58,523 nt of DNA, filler included, from Stramenopiles sp. TOSAG23-6 (GCA_900128565.1; 2 parts of 2 records of this genome joined end to end with filler, not necessarily neighbours in it); one strand, 5' to 3'; positions 44,729-56,680 are shown, counted from the whole stretch's first letter. The notes: a model not told the origin generated them from the sequence alone. Numbers and translations: made by a program.

Positions 44729-46148
44729 TTACTCAAGCTTCCGTTTCTTTAACTGTTCTACATTCTCTATATCATTACTATCATTACTGTGACCATGACA
44801 ACAACCATCATCACATTTGAGCATTTTACGTGAATCTAGGTTTTGAATTTTTTTAGTCATACAGAGTTGTTGAAAAGTCGATTTTAGTTCATTTTCAGCA
44901 CACGAAATGTCACGACCAATAAAAACAATGGACGATTTCCTTTTATTATTTTCTATTTTCCAGTCGTACCCAAAACTCGCACTAATATCTTGACCTACAC
45001 CATTTACAACAAACATTCGATTCTTTGCTAATTTCGGAGAAAGTACACCACTGTCTACATTTATGATTCCTTTAGTACGAAGCAGTTTTGTTCCAATTTT
45101 TTTGTAATACTGTTTCAAACCACAAATGAAGTCCACGTGATGAGATTACAGCACCATGCGGGGTAGTTATAGTAAATGACTCAATAAAATCCTTTTTTAA
45201 AGCTTCCATATGAGACTTTGGTGATGTATTAATACAATCTTTAGACTCAAATTCAGCTGCTCTTTCAAACGCTGCAGACATGTTATGCATTCCATTATTA
45301 GTAGAAAATAACCTTTTCAGTGACAAGTCACAATAATTACATTCAATAAAGGTAATCAAAGGGTTAATTTGCATAACATGGTTCTTTATCTTATTCACAT
45401 TAGCCGAAGTTTGTGAGTCAACTTTATTCAATATTAAAAAATCAGCAAAAACGACTTGTCGCTTTTGAATCCAAATAGAAGAGTCATTTTGATATAGTTT
45501 TGAAAAATGATTATTTTTCTCAATATCCAAACCTAACTGTACATTCTTTGCATCTACAACTGTAATAACCGATTGCACATAAAATCTAGATCCTTGAATA
45601 CGCATTCGTTCAAATGTGCGTAAAATTGGCTCAGGAATTGCCAAGCCTGTAGTCTCAATAATAACATGATCAAAGTTTTGGTTGTCCATGAACAGAATTA
45701 ATTTATCCAAAACACGCTCCAATTCATTTCCAGGTGTATCTTGTGAACAACAAATACAACCATTCTTCATTACATATATTCCATCTTGTTCAATACTCGA
45801 AGTTTCAGCGACATCGTTGTTCAGGGTTAGTTTCTGACGAACTTTTAAAAGAGCATGATCTATAGAAATTTGTCCAAATTCATTCACAATTACAAGGAAT
45901 TTCTTTTTAATATCTGAAGAACCAAGAATTCGATTCAATAAAGTTGTCTTCCCTGCACCGAGAAAGCCAGTAAGTAATGTTACAGGCACATCTTTCAGAC
46001 GTTGAGACTCTTTCGATGAACAATTAGACAACTTGTTCGACTTTCTGTCAATTCGCTGCTGCTGCCAAAATTCCACCAACCAAGCAAGAGCATTTGCAAC
46101 GAACAATGAAACTAAAAGGAAACATGCAATCAGAAAATATGAAGGCAT
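44729..46148 (-). CDS. CobW/COG0523-family metallochaperone GTPase, with an apparent +1 frameshift near 45097-45103
   Basis: PVTLLTGFLGAGKTT, VNEFG, NGCICC, IETTGLA, NKVD; CobW_C LLRTKG...VFIGR is in the neighbouring frame. Confidence 0.85.
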
Positions 46149-46289
46149 ATACTAGACTAATAAACGATAGCTATTTGAACCGAGTCACAATATTGTGCAA
46201 TACTAAATTACTCATAAAAGTGTCACGTCGATTTGATTGAGAGACATGCGTCGCTGGCGCCGGCCAACCGAAACCGAACTTCGAAAAGG

Positions 46290-46301
46290 CCCCTAACCCT
46301 A
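46290..46301 (-). promoter_or_regulatory. Telomere-like box upstream of the CobW gene
   Basis: CCCCTAACCCTA on +, about 145 nt upstream of ATG 46148. Confidence 0.45.
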
Positions 46302-46413
46302 CATAGTATAATAACAAATATAGCAAATTGAAATTGAAAAGACCAGAGTCAATTTCAAATTATTATTCAATCAAACACTCATCACTTAAAAAACTGATAA
46401 AACTGATATTGTA

Positions 46414-49400
46414 TCATTTATTTACCATTTGAATAAATAGTTTTGAATTTCTAAGTGCTAATTTTGAACTGTGATTACTTGAGTCTATACTTTCCTTAAG
46501 AGTACTTTCTGATGTACAGTTGGCAGGTCTTTCCAATATTATCTGTGCAATATCAATACTTCCCCTAGATTTTTGCATTGCTTGATATATGATAGGTTGG
46601 CTAGATTTTATCAATGTATCTCTTGGACCTCGAAGTAAAGCATTTTGATTAGTCATCATTTCACATTCAGGTGAAGCATTTTTCAGAGATACCAAAAGAA
46701 GTTTCTCAAGAGCACGTTTGTGGTGAAGTTTAGCTTCTTTGAGATGATCCCTTGGAATTTCAAGTTTCTTTTCTGCGCGTTTCATTCTTTCATTGACAAG
46801 AGCTTGGCATTTTGCTACAGCAATCTCTGCCTTTACAACTTGAGCTGCAATATCTTTACATTGTTTTTCTGCATTGTTTTGTGAAGCTTTCATTGTTTCT
46901 GCAGATGTCGCATTAAAAGGTAACTGTAAATAGGCAACACATGTACGAATATTTTCTCCAGTTGTTTTTAAAATTTCATTCAAACCAGGTTGCTGAGCCA
47001 ATGCTGCATTCAATAGTATAGAATTTTCAACCATATTAAATTTAATCTGAATTGGCTGTAATAAAGTATCAATTATACTTTGTCTTTTAATTTTCTCCTG
47101 TTCAAGGCGAAGGGCGAGCTTCATCTTTATTTTAATTATTTGACTCTTAACTTTCATGATTGTATTTCGGGCTTTCTCACATTTAGTTGCAAGATTTTCT
47201 ATAAATACATCAGATATAACATTGTTTGAATGATTCAAAGTAAGAGCATCATTGGCATGCCGGTGTCTTTCTCTTGAGAGTAGTAGTTCAATTTGAAAGG
47301 ATTCATTGTTACTCAAGTTTGCAGCAAGACTGTTGCAAACTCGGCTTGAAGCTAAATTATTGGCATCCTCAAAAGAATTTTCATCAATGGTCAACAATTT
47401 TTCAATTTTCTTGAGAGATGAATATGACTGTGGTAATCCTGCAATGTGTAATATCTGTAATGCTGACACAAGTGAATGTTCACAAGTAACTGCCATTTGC
47501 TTGAGAGATTTCGTCATTTCTTGATCAGATTCAATACATTTCAATACATTAGATAGCATTTTATACGATGAAACGACATTAATTTTTGCTCTATTCATCG
47601 CTACATGAATACATTGAGGTAAACGGCTTTCATCCAAAGTTTCACGTCTATTTTTTTTTTTGCCTTCCATTTTGTCTCCACTTTGTATCATTTTTTTACT
47701 TTTCATTGATAAAGTAGGTTCCCATCCTAGAGAAATCCAACCCTGAGGACTCCACTGAATAAGTAGTCTTTTTGCAATTTCAAGATGCGTTCTTGCTGGT
47801 TGTAAATACGCCTCTTTCATCTTTGCAATAGATATATTAACTATTTTTATTCGAGTGTCTATTTTTGTTGATTCTTCAGTGATACACCTGTATGCATCAA
47901 CAGCTGCTGTGTATGCAATTGAAGCTGTGCCTTCTTCCAATATGGCACGTTTTCTTTCAGTCTTGCTAAATATATCCACCGGTACTAAAATTTTGGACGG
48001 CATCGAAAGATTTTTCCACTCGGATGCCAAAGTTGTTTCTGCTTCTACATTGGCATATTGATATTGTAGTTGAAAGAACTTTAGTTTCGAATCAACATTT
48101 TCGATACTCAGCAATTTTTGGGGGGCTTTTGATACCGCAGATTTGATCAAATCCAAGTGTAGAGGTAACCCAACAAGGCACTTGATGGAGTGGTGGGTTA
48201 TTCTTGCTAGATAAAAACACTCTTTCATTTTTGTCTTCAACTCATTCTTTGCATTTTCCGTTATTTCTAAATTACCAAAATCGATGTATTTATACTTTAA
48301 TTCTGAGTTAACTTGAATACATTTTGATTGTAAGTTATCAATTCCATTAATTGTATTTTTTGAGAAGTTCTCAATATCACAAAGAGATGTATATGCCTCT
48401 CTTAATGCAAATCTTGCACAGTGTGATGCAAATACCTTGACAGTAACTGGTTTGCTATCATTCTGTCGAGCAATAAACCCTCGATGCAATGCCTGTATTC
48501 GGGTAATGGCTTCGATATCTTTGGAATTGTCTATAGCATCATGAATACTTACAGGTGACCCAAATACTCCAATTGCATGATTTACCATATAAGCACAGAA
48601 CTCTTTAAAATCAATATACCCAGAAGAATCACTATCAATTTCATCAAACTGTTTTTTTAAATTTAAATAATCTTGCGAAGATTCTCCCTCAGTACACCCC
48701 TCTTTAGATTTTGAAGTGGTTTCACTTTTTACATTACATTTTCGTCGATTTTCTGGATTGCATTTTTGCAATTTCGATCTTTTTGAATTCAATCTTTTCC
48801 ACTTGGATCGAAATATTTCCCATGAAATTGACATATTCAACACGCTATTGTTCTCATTCTCTTTATCACTAAAAAATGCGGACCAGAGCTTTTTGAAATA
48901 AAATGCATTTTGAAGAAGTCGAGGAAATGTAAATTTCTGTAATCTATTTTCCTCAACAGTAAACTCAAATGCACTTTTTAGTATATCTATTGATGACTCA
49001 TTGTTTGTATATTCCTCGAATCCTGGTACATTAAATATGAACCGTTTAATATCATTAAATGAGCTACTATGTGCATTATCGGATGCCTCAACTAGTTTAT
49101 TCCATAATTTTTTCAATGTTCTTCTGTCTTGTAAAAGTTCCATCATTTGATTTTTCTCGCCGTCATTGCCCCGACATTCAATCACTCTACCAAGTACACA
49201 TTTTATATCCAAAGTATCATCATTATACTTGCTCCGAGAAGTATCGTGCCATGCAACTCTACCACAAAACAAAGCATCTGCATCATTTATGATTTTCTTT
49301 GCAGGATTCAAATACAATTTTGAAAGGCGAACTCTTAGAGCTGCATACTCACAAGCTCGTTGATGGAAATTAATACAATGTCTGCGTATAGAAAAAAGTG

Positions 49401-50607
49401 ATTTCCTCGACAAAACCAAAGCTTTTCGTCCTATTTGTGCAGCATATCGAACGGCATCTCGTATTTCATCACCCCACAGGCCCGAATTTGGTGGCAATCG
49501 AAGAATATCATCAATAGAACGAAATCCCTTTGTGAAAGTTACTTCCAACAATCGGCGCTCTATTTTTTTGAAAATCATATCTTCTGCTAAATTTAAAATA
49601 CTTTCCGCTGCAGCTAACTCTTTTTCGAGCAATGATGTTGATGGTATAACTTCGTGGCCTATAACCCATTGTTGTTTATGTTTTTTTAGCAATGTATGTG
49701 CCATTGAAATATCATTCCTAGCAGGTACAATAGACAAGACATCAACAGCCTGTTTTGCTGCCTGACAAGCGCTACAACATGTTTTTGAAAGTAACTGAAA
49801 ACCTTTAGCCTTTAGTGGATCTGGAGCCGAAACACCATGCACTCCTGCAAAACGACCACATCTATCTCCACCTAATAAACGATGTACTGGAAACTTCATT
49901 GCTTCCTCGGCCGCCTCTAAAGCAAAATCCCCTGCTATTATAGCAGCACGTATAACTATATATGTTGAAATATTCGTTTTAGGAAGAACATTTTTCTTAT
50001 TTATTGTTGTGGATTCTCCATCTACATTCTTTTGAAGAAATAACTTTTCATTTTGACTAACTTTGCTTTGTCTAGAAACATTTTTGTTTGATAAACGCAA
50101 ATATTCTCTAACAATTTGCATGGATTTTATCGCAGGCGTAAAAGAATTTAACCGAATGAAAGATTTCTGCAATTCTCCCTGTTTTATTCTTTCTGCGTTT
50201 GTAATACGTGAGCTATCTTTATCGTCTTTAAATACACGATGTCCATTAAAAGCAGGCGAAGCTTCAATGCTTGCCACAATGACGTCACCACGGAGCTGAT
50301 TTTTAACTGTAGACCAATTTAAAAATCCATTTCCTGGATCAAGATCACGAAATAAATCACCAACGCTTGTTGACGTTGGTGCTTTTACATCAAGAGTTTC
50401 TAAAAGAGCTCTAAAGGCTGCTAAGTCCATCCTACTACACTGGACACTAGATAGTAATTCGATGGGCAAAGATGTTCTAGCAAAAATTCGGCGTCTAAGC
50501 ATACGCCGCAAGGACGATTTATGCTTACTGCGTGTCTGCTCGGATCCCGAAAGATTAGGCAACGTAAGTCGAACTTTTTGCTTCATACGTTGCCATTTTG
50601 ACGACAT
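46414..50607 (-). CDS. Large helical protein with EF-hand and IQ motif
   Basis: FDEIDSDSSGYIDFKEF; AITRIQALHRGFIARQ. Confidence 0.75.
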   Translation of the reverse strand: MSSKWQRMKQKVRLTLPNLSGSEQTRSKHKSSLRRMLRRRIFARTSLPIELLSSVQCSRMDLAAFRALLETLDVKAPTSTSVGDLFRDLDPGNGFLNWSTVKNQLRGDVIVASIEASPAFNGHRVFKDDKDSSRITNAERIKQGELQKSFIRLNSFTPAIKSMQIVREYLRLSNKNVSRQSKVSQNEKLFLQKNVDGESTTINKKNVLPKTNISTYIVIRAAIIAGDFALEAAEEAMKFPVHRLLGGDRCGRFAGVHGVSAPDPLKAKGFQLLSKTCCSACQAAKQAVDVLSIVPARNDISMAHTLLKKHKQQWVIGHEVIPSTSLLEKELAAAESILNLAEDMIFKKIERRLLEVTFTKGFRSIDDILRLPPNSGLWGDEIRDAVRYAAQIGRKALVLSRKSLFSIRRHCINFHQRACEYAALRVRLSKLYLNPAKKIINDADALFCGRVAWHDTSRSKYNDDTLDIKCVLGRVIECRGNDGEKNQMMELLQDRRTLKKLWNKLVEASDNAHSSSFNDIKRFIFNVPGFEEYTNNESSIDILKSAFEFTVEENRLQKFTFPRLLQNAFYFKKLWSAFFSDKENENNSVLNMSISWEIFRSKWKRLNSKRSKLQKCNPENRRKCNVKSETTSKSKEGCTEGESSQDYLNLKKQFDEIDSDSSGYIDFKEFCAYMVNHAIGVFGSPVSIHDAIDNSKDIEAITRIQALHRGFIARQNDSKPVTVKVFASHCARFALREAYTSLCDIENFSKNTINGIDNLQSKCIQVNSELKYKYIDFGNLEITENAKNELKTKMKECFYLARITHHSIKCLVGLPLHLDLIKSAVSKAPQKLLSIENVDSKLKFFQLQYQYANVEAETTLASEWKNLSMPSKILVPVDIFSKTERKRAILEEGTASIAYTAAVDAYRCITEESTKIDTRIKIVNISIAKMKEAYLQPARTHLEIAKRLLIQWSPQGWISLGWEPTLSMKSKKMIQSGDKMEGKKKNRRETLDESRLPQCIHVAMNRAKINVVSSYKMLSNVLKCIESDQEMTKSLKQMAVTCEHSLVSALQILHIAGLPQSYSSLKKIEKLLTIDENSFEDANNLASSRVCNSLAANLSNNESFQIELLLSRERHRHANDALTLNHSNNVISDVFIENLATKCEKARNTIMKVKSQIIKIKMKLALRLEQEKIKRQSIIDTLLQPIQIKFNMVENSILLNAALAQQPGLNEILKTTGENIRTCVAYLQLPFNATSAETMKASQNNAEKQCKDIAAQVVKAEIAVAKCQALVNERMKRAEKKLEIPRDHLKEAKLHHKRALEKLLLVSLKNASPECEMMTNQNALLRGPRDTLIKSSQPIIYQAMQKSRGSIDIAQIILERPANCTSESTLKESIDSSNHSSKLALRNSKLFIQMVNK

Positions 50608-50852
50608 CTCACGTGCGTTTCCCTTTTACGAAAAGATCGAATATTCAAACTTTAGATACTTCTAGTAGTAGGTAAGTAACTGCTGTTGACTGGTGACTAG
50701 GCAGACTGACTGGAACAATTTTTTGTTTCGATTTGTTTTTTTTGTGAACAAAAAACAGTTTCACTTTTGCCGTTTCAACCGTTTTGAAGTGAGGACATTT
50801 TACGTAGATAGTCATTATTTCTATTGTATTATTGTCAAATACTGTAGACAGA

Positions 50853-53537
50853 ATGCCTGTTAAAGATCAAAAATCCACAAAGTCGCCAAAGACTGATGGT
50901 GTATGGTTTTGTGCTCCCTCCGGAGATGCAGGACAGAATAGTCAATGTGTAGTTGTACCAAGTCAAGACAGTGCGTACTTTTTTGGTGGGTTTAAGCAGA
51001 ATAAAGTTGAAGATTATACAATGAAAACGAAAAAATTAGATATGAAACGAATGTGTTGGATAGAAACAGATATCGCGTGTTCATTCCCAAACCGGGCTGG
51101 TGCTGCATGTGTTTCTTTCGAAAACATTGTTTACCTTTTTGGTGGAGAAAGCACGGAACTTCGTGAAACACTTGGCGACTTTTATTGTATTGATCTTTGT
51201 GCACAAAATCCCAAGTGGGAGATTGTTACCATTGATTCAAATAGTAGAATGAATACTGTAGTGAATTCAAAGCAACTTCCAAATACATCAGATACAGAGA
51301 CGATTCCAGTGGAAAACACAGGTCCAGTGGAAGAAACCTCTGATGAAAACGAGGCTTCCATTGAGAAAGACAGTGAGGAAAATAAAAATGAGAACAGTAA
51401 TGAAAGTGAGAACAGTAATGAAAGTGAGAACAGCATTGAAAATGAGAATAGCAATGAGTTAGATACAAGTGAAAACATCAATGAAATTGATACTAATACT
51501 GAACCTACTCAAGAGATTCAGCAGAAAATAATAGAAAAATCGATATCATGTTTATCTGTACTACCACCAGCGCGTAGATGGCAGTGTTCTTCACGTAGTG
51601 GTAAAAATTCATTCATAGTACACGGAGGTTTATCCGAAAATGGCGAATACTTGGATGACCTCTGGTGCTTTGACAGATCAACATGTGAGTGGACAAAAGG
51701 TTTGGGAAAAGGAACACCACCTTCTGCAAGAGCGTATCACACAGGCACATATCTATCTAATTCAGAATCAGTCGTATTCTTTGGGGGGAGAAATGAAAAA
51801 GGTCTCCTCGGTGAAATTTTTGTGTTACATCAAAATACTTGGTCAAAACCTGAATGTTCGGGAGTTGCGGCATCTCCAAGATGTTGGCATACAATGGTAC
51901 GATACAAAAGTCCTGATGAAGTAGCAGATGTTGATGAGAACAGAGATGATAATAAAGCTATTTCATGTTCTCAAGACTCTTCAAAGATTATAATCTTCGG
52001 AGGTTGTGACGCCTGTGGTTTGGCGTCACCTAGTGTCTTCACCTGGGAATTATCCAGTGGAAATTGGTCAGAATTACACACTGTTGGTAATACACCATCC
52101 TCCAGGTTAGGTCACTCATGTTTATTAGTTCCTGGTGAACACCGCACTGTTATATATGGTGGAAACGATGGAAGGGATCGTCTTGATGAAGTGTATGTAT
52201 TATCTACAAGTAAAAGTGAAGTTGAAAAGGAAACAAAACGAGCATCAGGATTTGGCGTCGTTAATTATGATAATGGAGATAGATATGAAGGATTCTTCAA
52301 ATCAGGTACGAAAGATACTCGTCATGGTCAAGGAAAAATGGTATATACTAATGGAGATCATTACGAGGGTAATTGGAATAACGGAGTTCGAGCTGGTCAG
52401 GGTACTTTGCGTTTTACAAATGGTGATAAATACGTTGGAGCGTGGAAAAATGACACAATTACTGGTCATGGATATATGCAATACTCAGAAGATCTAGGTG
52501 TGATAAGTGATAATTCAGATGATCCTGTGCGATTGATGCATTACGATGGAATGTTTTATCGAGGTGTTCTACAAGGAGAAGCTCGTGCAGAATATAGTGA
52601 TGGCTCTGTATATTTTGGCAGTTTTTCTAAAGGATTGCGATCAGGCGAAGGAACAGCAACTTACGTGTCTGGTATTGTATATAAAGGAATGTGGAAAGAT
52701 GATAATTTCCATGGTCTTGGAAGTGAAAAGAATTCCATTGGGGATAGATACTATGGCCATTTTATTAAGGGTAAGAAATGTGGTCAAGGTAAATACCAGT
52801 ATGTAGATGGTAGTGAGTACATTGGTAAATGGAATAATGATATGCGCAATGGCAAGGGTAAAATGACTTATTTCAATGGCGACGTTTACGATGGTAAATG
52901 GTTTAAAGATAAACGCGAAGGTGCTGGACAATGCTCGTTTTCTTCAGGGCATATTTACTCAGGAATGTGGAAAAATGATAAACAAGATGGTGAAGGAGAA
53001 ATAAAGTTCGTATCAGGTGCAAAATACACTGGTACATGGTTAGCTGATAAGCGTAATGGAAATGGACAAGAAACAAGCGCCACGGGTGACGTCTACATCG
53101 GCCTTTGGTACAATGATCTAAGGCACGGAAAAGGTCGTACAGTTTATTCAAATGGCGACATTCATGAAGGTGTGTATGTTCGTGGTAATGCAGGTGGAGT
53201 GGGAACATGGACTTCAGGAGATGGAAAATCTTCTTACAAAGGGCACTTTGAAGATGGAGAAAAGAGTGGCGAAGGTACTTTCAATTATGCTAATGGCGAT
53301 GTATATAAAGGTGAGTGGGCGAAAGGTGGGCGTAGCGGAACAGGTGTGATGCAGTATAAACAACCTAGTGTTGTAGGAGACAAAAGTGATGCACGGGGTA
53401 CAATTACAAATTATTCTGGTCAATGGGAAAATGACCTCCGCCACGGTATGTCTCAGTGCACATTACCAGATGGCACATCATTCAAATGTCAATGGAAAAA
53501 AGACAAGAAAATTGAACAAGCTATTTCCTGGCAATAA
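50853..53537 (+). CDS. Kelch-repeat plus MORN-repeat protein
   Basis: YLFGG/PPSARAYH/PSSRLGH Kelch repeats; many YxGxWxxDxRxGxG MORN repeats. Confidence 0.88.
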   Translation: MPVKDQKSTKSPKTDGVWFCAPSGDAGQNSQCVVVPSQDSAYFFGGFKQNKVEDYTMKTKKLDMKRMCWIETDIACSFPNRAGAACVSFENIVYLFGGESTELRETLGDFYCIDLCAQNPKWEIVTIDSNSRMNTVVNSKQLPNTSDTETIPVENTGPVEETSDENEASIEKDSEENKNENSNESENSNESENSIENENSNELDTSENINEIDTNTEPTQEIQQKIIEKSISCLSVLPPARRWQCSSRSGKNSFIVHGGLSENGEYLDDLWCFDRSTCEWTKGLGKGTPPSARAYHTGTYLSNSESVVFFGGRNEKGLLGEIFVLHQNTWSKPECSGVAASPRCWHTMVRYKSPDEVADVDENRDDNKAISCSQDSSKIIIFGGCDACGLASPSVFTWELSSGNWSELHTVGNTPSSRLGHSCLLVPGEHRTVIYGGNDGRDRLDEVYVLSTSKSEVEKETKRASGFGVVNYDNGDRYEGFFKSGTKDTRHGQGKMVYTNGDHYEGNWNNGVRAGQGTLRFTNGDKYVGAWKNDTITGHGYMQYSEDLGVISDNSDDPVRLMHYDGMFYRGVLQGEARAEYSDGSVYFGSFSKGLRSGEGTATYVSGIVYKGMWKDDNFHGLGSEKNSIGDRYYGHFIKGKKCGQGKYQYVDGSEYIGKWNNDMRNGKGKMTYFNGDVYDGKWFKDKREGAGQCSFSSGHIYSGMWKNDKQDGEGEIKFVSGAKYTGTWLADKRNGNGQETSATGDVYIGLWYNDLRHGKGRTVYSNGDIHEGVYVRGNAGGVGTWTSGDGKSSYKGHFEDGEKSGEGTFNYANGDVYKGEWAKGGRSGTGVMQYKQPSVVGDKSDARGTITNYSGQWENDLRHGMSQCTLPDGTSFKCQWKKDKKIEQAISWQ

Positions 53538-53576
53538 AATTTACTCTACTATATGTAATCCTTTTAGCAAAGTTAT

Positions 53577-56420
53577 TTATTTATGAATTGATTGTTTTGA
53601 TATCAATGTTTTTTCGAGCAAAGAAACGATTTCTTCATTTTCATCGTGTTTTGCAATCTCCAATGCTGAATCTATGGCATCTATCTTTACAATACTGCCA
53701 TACGACAAAAGTAATTGCACAACTGACAGCTGCCCTCCACTAACTGCGCTATTTAATGCTGTCACACCATCAGCGTCTGCTGCATTTAGGATACTATCCC
53801 CCGTGAGAGTCAGTACTTCTTTGATAGCTTCTATATCTCCATTGGAGCATGCACGTCTGAGATTATTTCCATGAATTTTCCACTGTTGTCGCTCAGAATC
53901 AAGAATCCTTGTTTCCTCTGCATTTTGTTTTTTCAAAACTGAACGATTTATAATATATTGGTGTCGTGATAAAAGTGACAAATCCTCAGTTGGATGATTT
54001 TCATTTTGCTGTCTTTCCTTTTCTGTTGCTTCTTCAGCGATAGTGATAAGCTGCATTACCTGGGAATCTACAGGCCCTGTTACTAAATCCCTTGGTTTTA
54101 AACCTGCTTTTGTCCGGGAAAAGCAGTTTGCACCCTGTTCTAGCAGAATTGCGACAACAGTGGAATGCCCGCTGAAGCATGCGAGATGTAATGGTGTACG
54201 ATGACTAGCGTCTATTACATCAATGTCTGTTAAACGTAAAAGGGGAGCCGATGGAAAAGCTGCTCTTGGGACAGCTAATAAGGCTACAATTTCTGCGTGT
54301 CCTTTATATGCTGCATGGTGTAAAGGTGTCCAGCCAATTTCTGGACCACCTTTAGCCTTACATTTAGGATCTGCACCTTGTTCAACCAAAAATTTGGCAA
54401 CAACAATATTTCCTTCTCTACATGCAAAATGAAGTGCTGTTTCACCAAGTCTACTTTGATCATTTACATGAATATGGGAGCTATTTAGTAATTCCTTTAC
54501 TTGATCTAAACTTCCAGTGCCACATACATGTCTAAACTTTCTTTGTTTCGATTCTTTTCTAAGCTGAACATCTTCCGTTTCGACGAGAATGCCCTTCACC
54601 TCAGGTGTTGATGCTAACTGTAGTGGTGTCATACCACCAGAATCAGTTGAATCTAATAGAAAAGGTATGATACTAGTAAATCCTCTATTCAAATTAGTAT
54701 TATATCGCATTACCTCTCCGTTTTCTGCATCGCGTGCTTCGATGTTTGCACCACTATGCAAAAGAAAACGTACAGTCTTAGCGTGGCCTCCGAGACTGGC
54801 ATGATGTAAAGGTGTACGCTTCATCGCATCGCAATAATGCACATGTGCACCCTTGGCAATAAGCATTTCTACAGCTTCCGTATGACCCATCGCCGATGCT
54901 AACAGCAGTAGTTCATTCATCTCATGTATTGTACTTTGTGCACTTATAATACTTTCTATTGTACCTCCAAAAGAAGTATGAGGGTATTCTTCGTTTCGAT
55001 GATTCTTGAATCGATCAATATGTTTTGCCGCTCTTGATATCCTTGTTTGAGTTAGTGCTGCATTCGAACCTCTAGCTATTGTTGATTGCCTAGAATATTC
55101 TAAAGGTGTGCGGCCCCTCATATCCCGTGCTTCAGTATCTGCCCCTGCTTTTATTAATGCTTGTGTGGCATGTAAGTGCCCCTTTGCAGCCGTAAAATGT
55201 AATGCTGTTCTACCTGTACTAAATACACGGGAATTGACAACAGCACCACGAGCGATAAGTGAATTAATTTGAGATGTATTTCCTATTTGTGCGGCATGGC
55301 GCAACTTCTCCTCAAGCCAACCTTCCTTCCTAGCAATCGATTTACGGTGTCGGTTATCAATGGATGTATATGGACGACGAACTTTTGTTTTTTTCCATCC
55401 TGTTGAGGATTGTTTAGATATTGGCCGCGATATATCAACTGTCCTCAACGATCCCCGTGATGACTGTCGAGAAGGTTGTCTGGATTGTGCTTTCGTTAAT
55501 TCTGAAGACTTTTCCAATGTGTTATTTTCGAGACTTTTTGTTGATCGTATTGCAGTGCCTGCGTTTGCAGCTTCTTTCATTCTCTTTCGACGCAAACGAC
55601 TAGCTTCAACTCTCCAAGGCTTGCGGAACCCAGCAATCTTCTTTGCTTGGATTTCAGTGTCAACTTCAAGTTTTTTCTTTTTTAACTTTTGTTTTTCTCT
55701 TTTACTTTTTCTTAATACCATTAATGCTTCCTGCCCATACTCTATTGCCTTTTTTTGCATGTGCATTCTTTCACTTATAGTAGTTGGAGTATATGGTCTA
55801 TTTTTGCTTTTCACAGTTTCATAGAGGTTTATATGCATATATTTTGGATATTCAGCAATTGGAAAACTGAATGGTTCTTTTAACCATTTAATTTTACTTG
55901 TACTTTTATTTTCCCTAACCCTAATTTTACTTGTACTTTTATTTTGATCATATTGGGTTGAGCTGTTTCTGCTTCTTGATGTAAATGGTCTCACATTACC
56001 TGATAAAAACTCTGTTTGAAATGAATATGAACCATTGCCTTTTGGAGATTTATTTTGTTGTACGTTTTGATTACTGCATAGACGTTGTTTCATGGCACCA
56101 TATTTTTTTGATGACCTCGCTGAGGCATTCGCAGAGTTTGGTCTATTACTTGATGCAGCGAGTCTATGAGGAACACTTTTTTTATAACCAACTTTATTTC
56201 TTTTTGTTTTTGTATTGATCTTTGTTTTATTTGAAGTATTATGTTTCTTTGAGAGATCCCCCCCGAATCGATTATTACGTATGCGAACGACTTCTTTATC
56301 TCTAAGAGCTAATTGTCCTAGGCGCTGGTTAAGAACTCGACGGCCAAGTTCGTTTTTTTTATATATTTTGATCAACTTTTTTTCACTCCAGTCATCGTAA
56401 TGAACATTTTCATTCTGCAT
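53577..56420 (-). CDS. Ankyrin-repeat protein with basic N-terminus
   Basis: GRTALHFTA, RTPLHHAS, GETALHFAC, WTPLHHAA, RTPLHLAC. Confidence 0.88.
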   Translation of the reverse strand: MQNENVHYDDWSEKKLIKIYKKNELGRRVLNQRLGQLALRDKEVVRIRNNRFGGDLSKKHNTSNKTKINTKTKRNKVGYKKSVPHRLAASSNRPNSANASARSSKKYGAMKQRLCSNQNVQQNKSPKGNGSYSFQTEFLSGNVRPFTSRSRNSSTQYDQNKSTSKIRVRENKSTSKIKWLKEPFSFPIAEYPKYMHINLYETVKSKNRPYTPTTISERMHMQKKAIEYGQEALMVLRKSKREKQKLKKKKLEVDTEIQAKKIAGFRKPWRVEASRLRRKRMKEAANAGTAIRSTKSLENNTLEKSSELTKAQSRQPSRQSSRGSLRTVDISRPISKQSSTGWKKTKVRRPYTSIDNRHRKSIARKEGWLEEKLRHAAQIGNTSQINSLIARGAVVNSRVFSTGRTALHFTAAKGHLHATQALIKAGADTEARDMRGRTPLEYSRQSTIARGSNAALTQTRISRAAKHIDRFKNHRNEEYPHTSFGGTIESIISAQSTIHEMNELLLLASAMGHTEAVEMLIAKGAHVHYCDAMKRTPLHHASLGGHAKTVRFLLHSGANIEARDAENGEVMRYNTNLNRGFTSIIPFLLDSTDSGGMTPLQLASTPEVKGILVETEDVQLRKESKQRKFRHVCGTGSLDQVKELLNSSHIHVNDQSRLGETALHFACREGNIVVAKFLVEQGADPKCKAKGGPEIGWTPLHHAAYKGHAEIVALLAVPRAAFPSAPLLRLTDIDVIDASHRTPLHLACFSGHSTVVAILLEQGANCFSRTKAGLKPRDLVTGPVDSQVMQLITIAEEATEKERQQNENHPTEDLSLLSRHQYIINRSVLKKQNAEETRILDSERQQWKIHGNNLRRACSNGDIEAIKEVLTLTGDSILNAADADGVTALNSAVSGGQLSVVQLLLSYGSIVKIDAIDSALEIAKHDENEEIVSLLEKTLISKQSIHK

Positions 56421-56680
56421 TTCAGATTATATTATCGTAATTGCATCGTCTATGCTATGTCCATATGATATGTTTTTTTTTCAGTATTTATCTTGTCAAC
56501 TATGGAAAACTATTCGCAGATGAAACTGTCAGTCATGACTGATATTTTTTTACGAGGAGGAACAAACCTGCATTTCTTAGCGCGGCCAAAAGACGACGAC
56601 GAGCGAGGTGACCGAGGTCCATTGGCCAACTCGAGCGCAATTCTTTCATTTGTGTAATAGAGTAATCTGTAGTGAACAAA

